A stretch of DNA of 54,797 nucleotides, from the IMG/VR virus record IMGVR_UViG_3300020599_000094, positions 1 through 54,797 of that record. One strand, given 5' to 3'. A model generated the notes under the pieces. The model did not search any database. It was given only the letters and a program-made list of their open reading frames with translations, and had not been told where the DNA came from. A program made the position numbers and the translations under genes. Below, piece after piece: positions 46,291 to 54,797 of this stretch. The stretch is from a virus. Its lineage: Duplodnaviria; Caudoviricetes. Every line of letters begins with the position of its first letter. Position 1 is the first letter of the stretch.

Positions 46291-46919
46291 TCTTCATCAA
46301 TTGCGAACAAGGCACGCCAGAGTGGTTTGCCGCTCGCGCTGGCGTCATAACGGCAAGCAAATTCTCAGAAGCCATCGCCACGCTGAGAAGTGGAGAGCCA
46401 AGTCAGGCCAGCAAGGATTACGCCTACAAGACAGCCATCGAGCGAATTTGCGGCGAAACCACGGAAGACACGTATCAGACGTTCGAAATGCGGCGCGGCA
46501 CGGAATTAGAGCCGCTTGCCCGCATCGCTTACGAAGCCCGCACCGGGAATCTTGCCGAGGAATCCGGCATTGTCCTGACTGACGACCGTATGTTCGGCTA
46601 CTCAACCGATGGCTTTGTCGATGAAGACGGCCTGATTGAAATTAAATGCCCCAACTCAGCCCGAAAGCTCGTGGAGATGTGGGAAACCGGCGATATATCC
46701 GAGTACGAGCATCAGATCCAGGGCGGCCTATGGATCACCGGGCGCAAGTGGTGCGATTTCATCATGTTCGCCCCCCAGCTCGAAGCCGTCGGCAAAGACT
46801 TATTCATCAAGAGGGTCATGCGTGATGACGACTTCATCGAAGACATGGAGGCCAAGCTGGTCAATTTTGCCAGCAAGGTGCAGGAGCACATCGACAGCCT
46901 GAGAAGGGAGGCCGCATGA
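46287..46919 (+). CDS. YqaJ / lambda-exonuclease family protein
   Basis: QGTPEWFAARAGVITAS, GTELEP, STDG, IEIKCP, QIQGGLW. Confidence 0.92.
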   Translation: MIFINCEQGTPEWFAARAGVITASKFSEAIATLRSGEPSQASKDYAYKTAIERICGETTEDTYQTFEMRRGTELEPLARIAYEARTGNLAEESGIVLTDDRMFGYSTDGFVDEDGLIEIKCPNSARKLVEMWETGDISEYEHQIQGGLWITGRKWCDFIMFAPQLEAVGKDLFIKRVMRDDDFIEDMEAKLVNFASKVQEHIDSLRREAA

Positions 46920-47161
46920 ACGCCTTTGACCACATCGTGCAGCAACTCGAAACCGGCCCAAAATTGCGCACGGCACCTCAACCAAAACAAAAAGCCGCGC
47001 TAATCGATTCCAACGTGTACTGGAGAGGGCCGCAGATTGAACGAATGCGCAACCAGGGCATGAAGATGATTGACATTGCCCGAGAGCTTGACCGCACCTA
47101 TGGTTACATACGCGGCGTATACAGCCAGTATCGCAAAGCAATGCGTCAGGGCGGCGCATAA
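46916..47161 (+). CDS. Small HTH protein
   Basis: MRNQGMKMIDIARELDRTYGYI. Confidence 0.65.
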   Translation: MNAFDHIVQQLETGPKLRTAPQPKQKAALIDSNVYWRGPQIERMRNQGMKMIDIARELDRTYGYIRGVYSQYRKAMRQGGA

Positions 47162-47279
47162 ATCTCGCGGCCTGGCGCCGAGAGGATTCTAGCTCTACGA
47201 CTTCCCCTCTTCCATAGAGGAAACCCCTTCCCCACCACCATGGAGCCCGGCCCCTAATAAGGGCTGGGGTTGAACACGC

Positions 47280-48683
47280 ATGAACTCGGACTACGAGGCG
47301 TTTATTAACGAAAAGCATTTCCGTCAGCCGGAGTCCGGGTTCATCTACAAATGCCCGGAGGATTCGCCGCTGCGTGACTACCAGCGGGCATCCGTTGAAT
47401 GGGCAATCGCTCGGGGCAAGGCGGCGATCTTCAAAGACACTGGCCTGGGCAAGACTTTGGATGAACTGGAATTCGGCAGTGCCGTGGTTCAACACACGCA
47501 AGGCCCTGTACTGCACCTTGCGCCGCTGGCCGTGGGCCACCAGATCAACCGGGAAGCCGCGCAGTTTGGCTACCAAACCAAGCTCATCCGCAGCATGGAT
47601 GACGTCGAGGACTGCATCTGCATCACCAACTACGAGAACCTGCACAAGATCGACTTTGAGAGGTTCGCGGGCATCGCGCTGGATGAATCCAGCATCATGA
47701 AGGGAATGCAGGGCAAGATTCGGATGCAACTTACCGAAGGCGGCTCTGTCATTCCCTACCGCCTGTCGGCCACCGCTACTCCATCCCCAAACGATTTCAT
47801 GGAGCTTGGCACACAGTCTGAATTCCTGGGCATCATGACGCAGGTCGAAATGCTCGCCACGTTCTTTATCCATGACGGCGGCGATACGGCCAAATGGCGA
47901 CTCAAAGGCCACGGCAAGCAGAAGTTTTTCGAATGGCTGGCTACGTGGTCAATCATCATGCGCGACCCGTCGGATTATGGATTTTCGCCATTGCCCGCGT
48001 TGCCGCCACTAAATATTGAGCAGGTAGAGATTGAGACGGCCCCGACTGATGGCCTATTCGCTACCGTGGCGCAGTCACTTTCCGAGCGCCTAAAGGCTCG
48101 ACGTGAAACGCTTCAGGCGCGATGCGAGAAGGCGGCAGAGATCGTCAACAGCCTGGAGGGGCCCGTCTTGGTCTGGTGCGGCCTGAACGACGAAGGCGAC
48201 CTATTAGAAAAGCTCATACCCGAAGCGGCGCAGGTTTCCGGCGCCGACAAAGACGACGACAAAGCAGGCCGAATGCTCGGGTTTTCCGCCGGCAAGCACC
48301 GAGTGCTGATCACCAAGCCGAAGCTCGCAGGCTTTGGCATGAACTGGCAGCACTGCAACCATATGGTGTTTGTCGGCCTCTCGGACTCATTCGAGCAGTA
48401 TTACCAAGCCATACGGCGATGCTGGCGGCAAGGACAAAAGCGCGACGTCAATGTATGGGTGATTACGGCCGATACCGAGGGCGCCGTAGTCGAGAACATC
48501 AGACGCAAACAAATACAGGCCGACACGATGATGGCCGAAATGGCCAAGATCGCCGCCAGCTTCTTCCAAGGATTCGACAAGGCACGGAGCGAGCTTCGAG
48601 CGTATGCGCCGAAGGTCCAGGCTCCGCTGCCCAACTTCATAAAGGTCAAGCATGCAAGTCAAGGACTACGCACAGGGACGTAA
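47280..48683 (+). CDS. SF2 (SNF2-like) helicase/ATPase
   Basis: LRDYQ, DTGLGKT, LDESS, SATATP, GFGMNWQ, QAIRRCWRQGQ. Confidence 0.88.
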   Translation: MNSDYEAFINEKHFRQPESGFIYKCPEDSPLRDYQRASVEWAIARGKAAIFKDTGLGKTLDELEFGSAVVQHTQGPVLHLAPLAVGHQINREAAQFGYQTKLIRSMDDVEDCICITNYENLHKIDFERFAGIALDESSIMKGMQGKIRMQLTEGGSVIPYRLSATATPSPNDFMELGTQSEFLGIMTQVEMLATFFIHDGGDTAKWRLKGHGKQKFFEWLATWSIIMRDPSDYGFSPLPALPPLNIEQVEIETAPTDGLFATVAQSLSERLKARRETLQARCEKAAEIVNSLEGPVLVWCGLNDEGDLLEKLIPEAAQVSGADKDDDKAGRMLGFSAGKHRVLITKPKLAGFGMNWQHCNHMVFVGLSDSFEQYYQAIRRCWRQGQKRDVNVWVITADTEGAVVENIRRKQIQADTMMAEMAKIAASFFQGFDKARSELRAYAPKVQAPLPNFIKVKHASQGLRTGT

Positions 48684-49614
48684 CTACATCGCGTACAACG
48701 CGGATTGTGTCGAAGTCGCCCGGGAGCTTGAATCCGATTCTGTCGGCTTCATTGTTTATAGCCCTCCCTTTTCCTCGCTCTACACGTACAGTAACGACGA
48801 GCGCGACATGGGCAACGCCTCCAGCGACGAGGAATTCTTTCAGCACTTCGGCTTCCTGATTACGGAAATGTACCGCGTGCTCACGCCCGGCCGGCTGATG
48901 GCAGTGCATTGTATGAATTTACCCACCAGCAAGGCCAATGACGGGTACATCGGCATCAAAGACTTCAGGGGCGATCTGATACGGTCTTTTCGCGATGCGG
49001 GGTTTATCTACCACTCGGAAGTCACGATCTGGAAAGACCCGGTAGTGGCGATGCAGCGCACCAAGGCACTTGGCCTGCTGCACAAGCAGATCAAGAAAGA
49101 CTCCAGCCTGTCGCGCCAGGGCATTGCTGACTATCTGGTGGTAATGCGCAAGCCTGGCGAAAACGAGCATCGTATAGAAGGTGAAATCGGCTACTACGTG
49201 GGAAACGAGCCGCCCGCGGGCTTCCGGGCCATTGAGCGCAGCGACGGCTCAGTGATGTGGGTCGTTAACTCTGACTCAGCCACCAACATAGACACATGGC
49301 AGAGGTATGCATCGCCGGTCTGGATGGATATCAACCAGACCCGCACCCTGCAGTACCAGAACGCCCGCGATACCGACGACGAGCGACACATTGCGCCGCT
49401 GCAGTTGGACGTTATCGAGCGAGCCATGCAGTTGTGGAGCCGCGAGGGCGATGTTGTGTTTTCCCCTTTTATGGGCATCGGCAGCGAGGGTTACGTCGCA
49501 CTGCAAATGGGCAGGAAGTTCATCGGCGCGGAGCTCAAGGAGTCCTACTTTGCGCTGGCTCGCCGGAATCTGGACGAGGCCGAGAACGTCAAGCAGTTGG
49601 AGTTGATAGCATGA
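48652..49614 (+). CDS. N4/N6 DNA methyltransferase (beta class)
   Basis: Catalytic SPPF precedes the SAM-binding motif FSPFMGIGSEG. Confidence 0.9.
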   Translation: MQVKDYAQGRNYIAYNADCVEVARELESDSVGFIVYSPPFSSLYTYSNDERDMGNASSDEEFFQHFGFLITEMYRVLTPGRLMAVHCMNLPTSKANDGYIGIKDFRGDLIRSFRDAGFIYHSEVTIWKDPVVAMQRTKALGLLHKQIKKDSSLSRQGIADYLVVMRKPGENEHRIEGEIGYYVGNEPPAGFRAIERSDGSVMWVVNSDSATNIDTWQRYASPVWMDINQTRTLQYQNARDTDDERHIAPLQLDVIERAMQLWSREGDVVFSPFMGIGSEGYVALQMGRKFIGAELKESYFALARRNLDEAENVKQLELIA

Positions 49615-49678
49615 CCGCCGTCTCCCCTTCCACCACCCCAGGGCCAGCCATCTTAACCAGCCTATATCTGGAGTCGAA

Positions 49679-49780
49679 ATGAAAATCCGCCGCCACACCC
49701 TAATCGTCCTGATGCTGGCCATGGCCTGCTTTGCCGTGGCGCTGCTGATCGAGATACTGAAGCTGGGAGGTTCGATATGA
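49679..49780 (+). CDS. 33-aa hydrophobic peptide
   Basis: MKIRRHTLIVLMLAMACFAVALLIEILKLGGSI; GGAG RBS. Confidence 0.5.
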   Translation: MKIRRHTLIVLMLAMACFAVALLIEILKLGGSI

Positions 49781-49911
49781 CCGAACACACCTATACCGAC
49801 GAGGACGGCGAGGGGGAAGCCGCGACTCTCGCAGAGAATCTAATCATGCTCGGGGCCGGGGCGCTTCTATGCGCCATCCTTGGCTTCCTGGGCTGGATCA
49901 TTTGGGGCTGA
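49777..49911 (+). CDS. 44-aa single-TM peptide
   Basis: GGAGG RBS, ATGA overlap; acidic N-terminus then a TM helix. Confidence 0.5.
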   Translation: MTEHTYTDEDGEGEAATLAENLIMLGAGALLCAILGFLGWIIWG

Positions 49912-49912
49912 T

Positions 49913-50170
49913 ATGGCTGACAACAAGGAATTGCGCCGGCTGTGTGCAGCGCGCGATGAAGCCAGACAAATCGCCCTGGATCGCGGATTTGCCCTGCTGA
50001 AGCTGCAGAAGGAAGCTCGGGCGCCGGAAGCGGATAACAAGCGGCTGCGGGAGGCGCTAACAGAACTGGTAGAACCTGCGAAGCTATACGGACTCCGTGA
50101 GGATGATTACATCATTTATCAGGCCCGCGCCGCACTTGCACTTGCACAGGAACAGGGAGGCAAAGAATGA
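49913..50170 (+). CDS. Hypothetical coiled-coil protein
   Basis: NKRLREAL...ARAAL phage motif. Confidence 0.6.
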   Translation: MADNKELRRLCAARDEARQIALDRGFALLKLQKEARAPEADNKRLREALTELVEPAKLYGLREDDYIIYQARAALALAQEQGGKE

Positions 50171-50559
50171 CATACGAAACATACCCAGGCTCCCTTTATG
50201 ACTACACGGCTGGGGCGTATTGCGGAGTGCTTGTAAAGGAGCATGTCATGCGAAAGCTTGCCGGGCTTCAGGCCAAGCACTTGGAAGAAGTAAAGCGCTT
50301 GCTTATAGATGAAGCAGATCGTGGAAATGTATTCCCTAGCATGTGGACGCTTCACTATCCGGGCGGAGAGCAAACAACAGTGAACTTTATTCCGAAAGGC
50401 GACGACGTTTATCAGCGGATTAAAAACGCCACGACTGGGGCGCAGCCAAGGCACATACCAGTGGTTTTTATAGCATCCAGCATGGAGGAAGCTAAGGCCA
50501 TGGCTGACGCGCGCCACTCGGAATTAGGGCAGGGAGAGTCACATGACAACCAAGACTGA
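50167..50559 (+). CDS. Hypothetical protein
   Basis: GGAGG RBS, coupled to neighbours. Confidence 0.65.
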   Translation: MTYETYPGSLYDYTAGAYCGVLVKEHVMRKLAGLQAKHLEEVKRLLIDEADRGNVFPSMWTLHYPGGEQTTVNFIPKGDDVYQRIKNATTGAQPRHIPVVFIASSMEEAKAMADARHSELGQGESHDNQD

Positions 50560-50746
50560 CGGCGAACTTCTCAAGCGCTTTGTATGTGACGACTGCGCCC
50601 GCCGACACGGATTTCAGGCTAAACGCCCAGCCGACAGCGGGGTTAGCTCTTGGCTTTGCGATTCATGCGGTCACTTCAATATTGGCTCTTACATGCTTTG
50701 CAAGAAGGGCCGCTGGTTGACGCTTATCCCGAAGGAATACGTATGA
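50543..50746 (+). CDS. Small Zn-finger protein
   Basis: CDDC...CDSCGH. Confidence 0.6.
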   Translation: MTTKTDGELLKRFVCDDCARRHGFQAKRPADSGVSSWLCDSCGHFNIGSYMLCKKGRWLTLIPKEYV

Positions 50747-51279
50747 ACACCAAACAACTACGCGCCGACTTCGAGGCGTGGTGGGAGACCCGCCAGCCAG
50801 TAACATCTATCAAGGAGGACGCGTTCGCTGCCTACCAAGCAGGCCGAGCCGCCCTGCAATCGCAAACAGACGCTGGGTGGAAAGAGGCTTTCAAAGCTTG
50901 GAATGTGTGTGCGTCAATCCACCGCGAGTGGGCGAAGGGAAAGGATGCAGTGTTTACGACACGGCAAGCAGATTTTGTGTGGAACGCAGAAAATGCCTTT
51001 AAGAAGGCATGTGGCGCAGCCGCCCTGCAATCGCAGGATCGGGAGGACGCGGAATGGATGACATGCGAATCCAGACTACCGTGGGTAACGAACAGCCTAA
51101 AGCAACGGGCAAACGCGCTTCGGGAGGCCGAGAAGCGGAGCCGACGCGCATTCAATAAGGACTACATGGGCGAGCCTGCGCGTTATTTCGCTGACGCTTG
51201 TGCTGAGGCTGCTGCGGTATTTGAAGCAAGGCTGAGTGCCATCGACCACGCCCGCCGCGTTGAGGGGGAACGGGAATGA
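50743..51279 (+). CDS. Mosaic hypothetical protein
   Basis: FEAWW...AYQAGRAAL; internal AALQSQ repeat. Confidence 0.7.
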   Translation: MNTKQLRADFEAWWETRQPVTSIKEDAFAAYQAGRAALQSQTDAGWKEAFKAWNVCASIHREWAKGKDAVFTTRQADFVWNAENAFKKACGAAALQSQDREDAEWMTCESRLPWVTNSLKQRANALREAEKRSRRAFNKDYMGEPARYFADACAEAAAVFEARLSAIDHARRVEGERE

Positions 51280-51791
51280 GTGATTCTCTTCTTCAATGCA
51301 AAGAGTGCAAAGCGTCCAAGCCAGCACATAGCTTTCACGTTGACAGGAAGAGCCGATCGGGGTTTCGCAGTGCGTGCAAAGAATGTGTATCGGCCTATCA
51401 CCGCGCCAACAGAGATCGCATATTGGCTAGAAAACGGGAGTTATGGCCGGAATATAGAGCCGCTAACGTCGAAGCCCGCAAGGAAAGTAGCAGGCAATAT
51501 AGGCGCGAAAACGCCGCAAAGATTGCCGCCAGAGAGGCTGAATACAAGCAGCGATACCCATTGAAATACAAAGCTAGGACTGAGGCGCATAACGCCATAA
51601 AGCTGGGAAAACTAACTCCCGAACCATGCGAGGAATGCGGCAATCCTAAGGTTGACGCACATCACGATGACTACTTGATGCCGCTTGAGGTCAGGTGGCT
51701 ATGTAGAGAGCATCACGCCCAATGGCATGCCCAAAACGGACCTGGTCAGAACGGCGACTTAACTGTTGAAGAGGTCAAGTATGGAACCTAA
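51276..51791 (+). CDS. Zn-finger / HNH-like endonuclease
   Basis: CKEC x2, PCEECG...AHHDDY..PLEVRWLCREHH. Confidence 0.75.
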   Translation: MSDSLLQCKECKASKPAHSFHVDRKSRSGFRSACKECVSAYHRANRDRILARKRELWPEYRAANVEARKESSRQYRRENAAKIAAREAEYKQRYPLKYKARTEAHNAIKLGKLTPEPCEECGNPKVDAHHDDYLMPLEVRWLCREHHAQWHAQNGPGQNGDLTVEEVKYGT

Positions 51792-52833
51792 AGACAACGC
51801 CATCGAAGCCGACCGCCAGCGCAGTGGTGAGCCGGTGGCGCTGCAGCTTATGGCAGTGTCCGAGTACGGGCAACTACGCTGGCTGACAGGTCGCAAACAT
51901 CCAAAGGGGATTGCTTCGGTAGAGCTTTACGCGATGCCTGACTTTGGTACCGCACCTACGCTCTACGCTGCCCCACAGCCCGCCGAAATGCAAGACAGCT
52001 CTGATCGCTTCCGTATAGCGTTTGAAGAGTGGCACGATAAGACGAACTTCGTCCAAGACTGGATTAAGTCCGGCAAGCTGCCCGCCAAGTACCTGGGCTG
52101 GCACCGTGCCGACGTGCTACGTGATCTGGTGGAGAACGGAGCATCACAACCCGCCGAACCGGTGAAGGCGCCGACCGGGACCCAAATCGAATCTGAGTGG
52201 AATGCATTCTATTGGTCGGCTATGGAGCTGCATGCTTGCGAGCGAAAAGCAAATCTGGACCCATTGCAGGCTCGGTTTGTGCAGTACATGCTGTCCCGCT
52301 ACGGTGCACAGCCTGCCGCGAGCGCGGAACCGTTCGAGTCCTGGGCGGCGCGGCAAGATGTTGCATGGACCCATGCAGAGAGACAAGCGGCGCAGTTGGC
52401 GTATAACGCCGCCGTTGTTGCCGCCCAGCCCCACCTCTACGACGGCGATACGCTGACAGCCGCGTATATGGCGGGGCAGGATGCTGCGAGGGTGCCGGAG
52501 GGGTGGAGGCCTATCCAAACCGCCCCGAAGGACGGCACACCCCTACTCCTGTTCGCCCGGGCGTCGTGCGCCACAGCCTCAATAGATATGTTCGGATGGT
52601 ATTCGGAGGGTCGAGGTTGGATCGCGCAGTCGATATGCGGACAAGACATCGTGGACATTGTGCCATCGCACTGGATGCCGCGGCCGCCGTTTCCTGTTGG
52701 AGAGATACCCCTCACCCACTCAACGGCAGACGAATATAGGGTAAACCCCACTGTCGAGCCCAAGCTCGATACCTTGCCCGTCACTCCCGAAGAGGAAGAA
52801 GAATGGCGCCAACTGGAGAAAAACAATGGCTGA
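51781..52833 (+). CDS. Mosaic accessory protein with C-terminal DUF551-like module
   Basis: GEPVA...LYAAPQPAE modules; WRPIQTAPKDG...PSHWMP. Confidence 0.7.
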   Translation: MEPKDNAIEADRQRSGEPVALQLMAVSEYGQLRWLTGRKHPKGIASVELYAMPDFGTAPTLYAAPQPAEMQDSSDRFRIAFEEWHDKTNFVQDWIKSGKLPAKYLGWHRADVLRDLVENGASQPAEPVKAPTGTQIESEWNAFYWSAMELHACERKANLDPLQARFVQYMLSRYGAQPAASAEPFESWAARQDVAWTHAERQAAQLAYNAAVVAAQPHLYDGDTLTAAYMAGQDAARVPEGWRPIQTAPKDGTPLLLFARASCATASIDMFGWYSEGRGWIAQSICGQDIVDIVPSHWMPRPPFPVGEIPLTHSTADEYRVNPTVEPKLDTLPVTPEEEEEWRQLEKNNG

Positions 52834-53077
52834 AATCCAAGAATTCGCGGTCGCCGCCGAGGTAGTCACGGCCACCATGACGCTGCCGCTGAGCACCGGC
52901 GAGCACTTCGGCCCACCCTTCACTATTGGCTTCTATCCCGGCCAGGCTGAAATCTGGATCGAAGGCGAACACGGCCGGCAGAACATCCCGACCGAGCATC
53001 TTAACCAGATCATCAAGCAGCTGCGGCGAGCGGCCAAGCTGGCGGCTGAGAACGCCGAAAAAGGAAGCAAGCTGTGA
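52826..53077 (+). CDS. Hypothetical protein
   Basis: GGAG RBS; 83 aa. Confidence 0.65.
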   Translation: MAEIQEFAVAAEVVTATMTLPLSTGEHFGPPFTIGFYPGQAEIWIEGEHGRQNIPTEHLNQIIKQLRRAAKLAAENAEKGSKL

Positions 53078-53079
53078 CT

Positions 53080-53274
53080 CTAGCAACTCGATCGGCAGAA
53101 CTGGACCAGCCGCTTAACCTCCGCCTGGGCCTTATCCTGGGCCGCCTCGAGCTCCGTCCAGCGTTCCAAGCATACGGGGTCCAGGATGTCGTTTTCCTCG
53201 AAATAGTCGGACATGGCATTGAAAGCCATTCGCCAGGTCCGCATCGCCTCTTGTAGGTCATTGATATCCGTCAT
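53080..53274 (-). CDS. Small acidic helical protein antisense to the early-left operon
   Basis: GGAGG RBS 5 nt before ATG; stop abuts the neighbour's stop. Confidence 0.65.
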   Translation of the reverse strand: MTDINDLQEAMRTWRMAFNAMSDYFEENDILDPVCLERWTELEAAQDKAQAEVKRLVQFCRSSC

Positions 53275-53368
53275 ATGCGCCTCCGATTTGAATTCGGTGA
53301 ACCGGCATATGGCGTGCCTGATTTAACTGATCGGCATCCTAGCGGGCGCTGATTTTTTGGGAGAAGCC

Positions 53369-53698
53369 ATGGAAAAGGCGCTGACGCTCCAGCAGGCCGC
53401 TGATCGCCTGGGCCTGTCCTACCAAACCATCTTCGCCCGCCGTCACGAGCTGGGCTTTCGCCTGCCCGGGTCCCGCGTTTGGCGGGTATGGCCTTCCCGA
53501 CTTGCAGAGATCAGCCGGCCGCGCTACAACGTGACACGGCTGGCGCTGCAATCCGACAATGGAGAATCATCACAATGTCGATCTATCAGCGCAACGGGAT
53601 CTGGCACGTCGCTATCAGCGTACCAGGCATCCCGAGAGTTAGACGCTCTACTGGGACAAACAACAGGCAAGCCGCGCAGGAATACCACGACAGGCTAA
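53369..53698 (+). CDS. xis: Excisionase-like HTH protein
   Basis: LTLQQAADRLGLSYQTI...WRV; overlaps the int 5' end. Confidence 0.75.
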   Translation: MEKALTLQQAADRLGLSYQTIFARRHELGFRLPGSRVWRVWPSRLAEISRPRYNVTRLALQSDNGESSQCRSISATGSGTSLSAYQASRELDALLGQTTGKPRRNTTTG

Positions 53699-54633
53699 AG
53701 GCTCAGCTGTGGCGCTCGGCAAAGCTTGGTGAGCAGCTTGATCGCACCTTGGACGAGGCTGCGCTACGGATGCTCAGGCTGTCGGAAGGACAGAGCGACA
53801 TCGCTTCGAAAAAGCGGCACGTCAACTACTGGCGGACCGCCCTGGGCGGCCAAACGCCCCTTCGTTCTTTAACCGCGGACCTCATTTTGGAGAGGCTGCC
53901 CACGCATACAACCCACAAACACCGAAAGCCTACGCCTGTTAGCGCGGCGACTAAAAACAGGTATTTGGCCACCATGCGGCGGATCCTGAACCTTGCCTCC
54001 GAATGGGAGTGGATCTCGAGAGTGCCTAAGATCGCTCGGTTCGAAGAGCCCAGTGAGCGAGTGCGCTGGGAGCCGCGGCCCGTCATTCTCGCGTTTGCTC
54101 AGGCGCTGTCGCTGGAGTGGATGCGAGATTTGTGCCTAGCCGCCGTAGCAACCGGAATGCGCGAAGACGAATTGCTTTCCCTGGAGCCTAAACACATTGA
54201 CCTGCCGCAAAGCAACGCGTGGGTGGTGGCAGAGAATGCAAAATCCGGTTTCGCCAGGGCGGTTCCCTTGAATGCCGACGCAAAAGCAATTTTCGAACGT
54301 CGGATCAGAACCGCCCAGCGGTATGTGTTTGAACGCCGGCCGCGAGATGGCAAAGAGGTGCGCAAGATCAGCCAGAACGACGCCAGGTGCTTTCAACGAG
54401 CCTGCGCTAAGATCGGCCTGCAGGACTTTCATTTTCACGACCTGCGCCACACCTGGGCCTCCTGGCACGTACAGAGCGGAACGCCGCTTATGGTCCTCAA
54501 GGAGCTTGGCGGCTGGGAGACCATCGAGATGGTCCAGAAGTATGCCCACCTCGCCCCCTCTCATCTGGCCCACCACGCCGAGAATGTCACAATTCTGGCA
54601 CACGAGAAGGAGAGAAGAAAAAAAGCCGCGTGA
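53575..54633 (+). CDS. int: Tyrosine integrase
   Basis: TGMR, AKSG, FHDLRH, LGGW and YAH catalytic set; arm-binding N-terminus (RRSTGT). Confidence 0.96.
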   Translation: MSIYQRNGIWHVAISVPGIPRVRRSTGTNNRQAAQEYHDRLKAQLWRSAKLGEQLDRTLDEAALRMLRLSEGQSDIASKKRHVNYWRTALGGQTPLRSLTADLILERLPTHTTHKHRKPTPVSAATKNRYLATMRRILNLASEWEWISRVPKIARFEEPSERVRWEPRPVILAFAQALSLEWMRDLCLAAVATGMREDELLSLEPKHIDLPQSNAWVVAENAKSGFARAVPLNADAKAIFERRIRTAQRYVFERRPRDGKEVRKISQNDARCFQRACAKIGLQDFHFHDLRHTWASWHVQSGTPLMVLKELGGWETIEMVQKYAHLAPSHLAHHAENVTILAHEKERRKKAA

Positions 54634-54644
54634 GAGGCGGCTTT
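54618..54644. terminator. Phage-supplied (bidirectional) terminator downstream of the tRNA and int
   Basis: A7-GCCGC-GTGAGAG-GCGGC-TTT. Confidence 0.75.
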
Positions 54645-54670
54645 AAGGTACTGATTTTATAGTGAAATTT

Positions 54671-54749
<79 letters not shown>

Positions 54750-54797
54750 AAGCCTGCGATTATTACATAAAAGTAGTTGAAACTTCCACTTGCCTGC

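Noticed and set aside
46800-47912. 370-aa minus-strand ORF and similar nested ORFs throughout
   Set aside because: Shadows of well-supported genes on the opposite strand
47280-49614. Type III restriction-modification system
   Set aside because: The helicase is short with no evident nuclease domain; gene order and early-operon context do not fit

Overview
The window holds an apparently complete, intact temperate prophage of about 48.9 kb (5848-54717). Its layout is lambdoid and siphovirus-like, and it is integrated in the 3' half of a tRNA with a CAT anticodon (Ile2-like), bounded by a perfect 47-bp att duplication. The host is GC-rich and probably a betaproteobacterium (inferred). Left of the prophage are host genes: a bacterial alpha-2-macroglobulin (partial, minus strand, CLEQ thioester motif) and a hemerythrin-domain protein. 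From left to right the prophage carries: a LexA-boxed SRAP/YedK operon; DUF3606 plus a LigD-type ligase; a lysis cassette; an AlgI/AlgJ-like O-acetylation moron next to the tailspike; tail, head and terminase genes; Q-like, nin and replication genes with an iteron origin; a cro/cI switch with clear operators; and an early-left operon (RecT, YqaJ exonuclease, SF2 helicase plus DNA methyltransferase, mosaic accessory ORFs, xis, int). The least explained signal is about 0.9 kb of apparently non-coding, densely folded sequence inside the early-left operon (43983-44925). It contains up to three tRNA-shaped units whose D-like and T-like loops are complementary to each other although the loop sequences differ. 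A second large folded leader follows PL. All gene and RNA assignments come from motif recognition and manual pairing; no searches or folding software were run.
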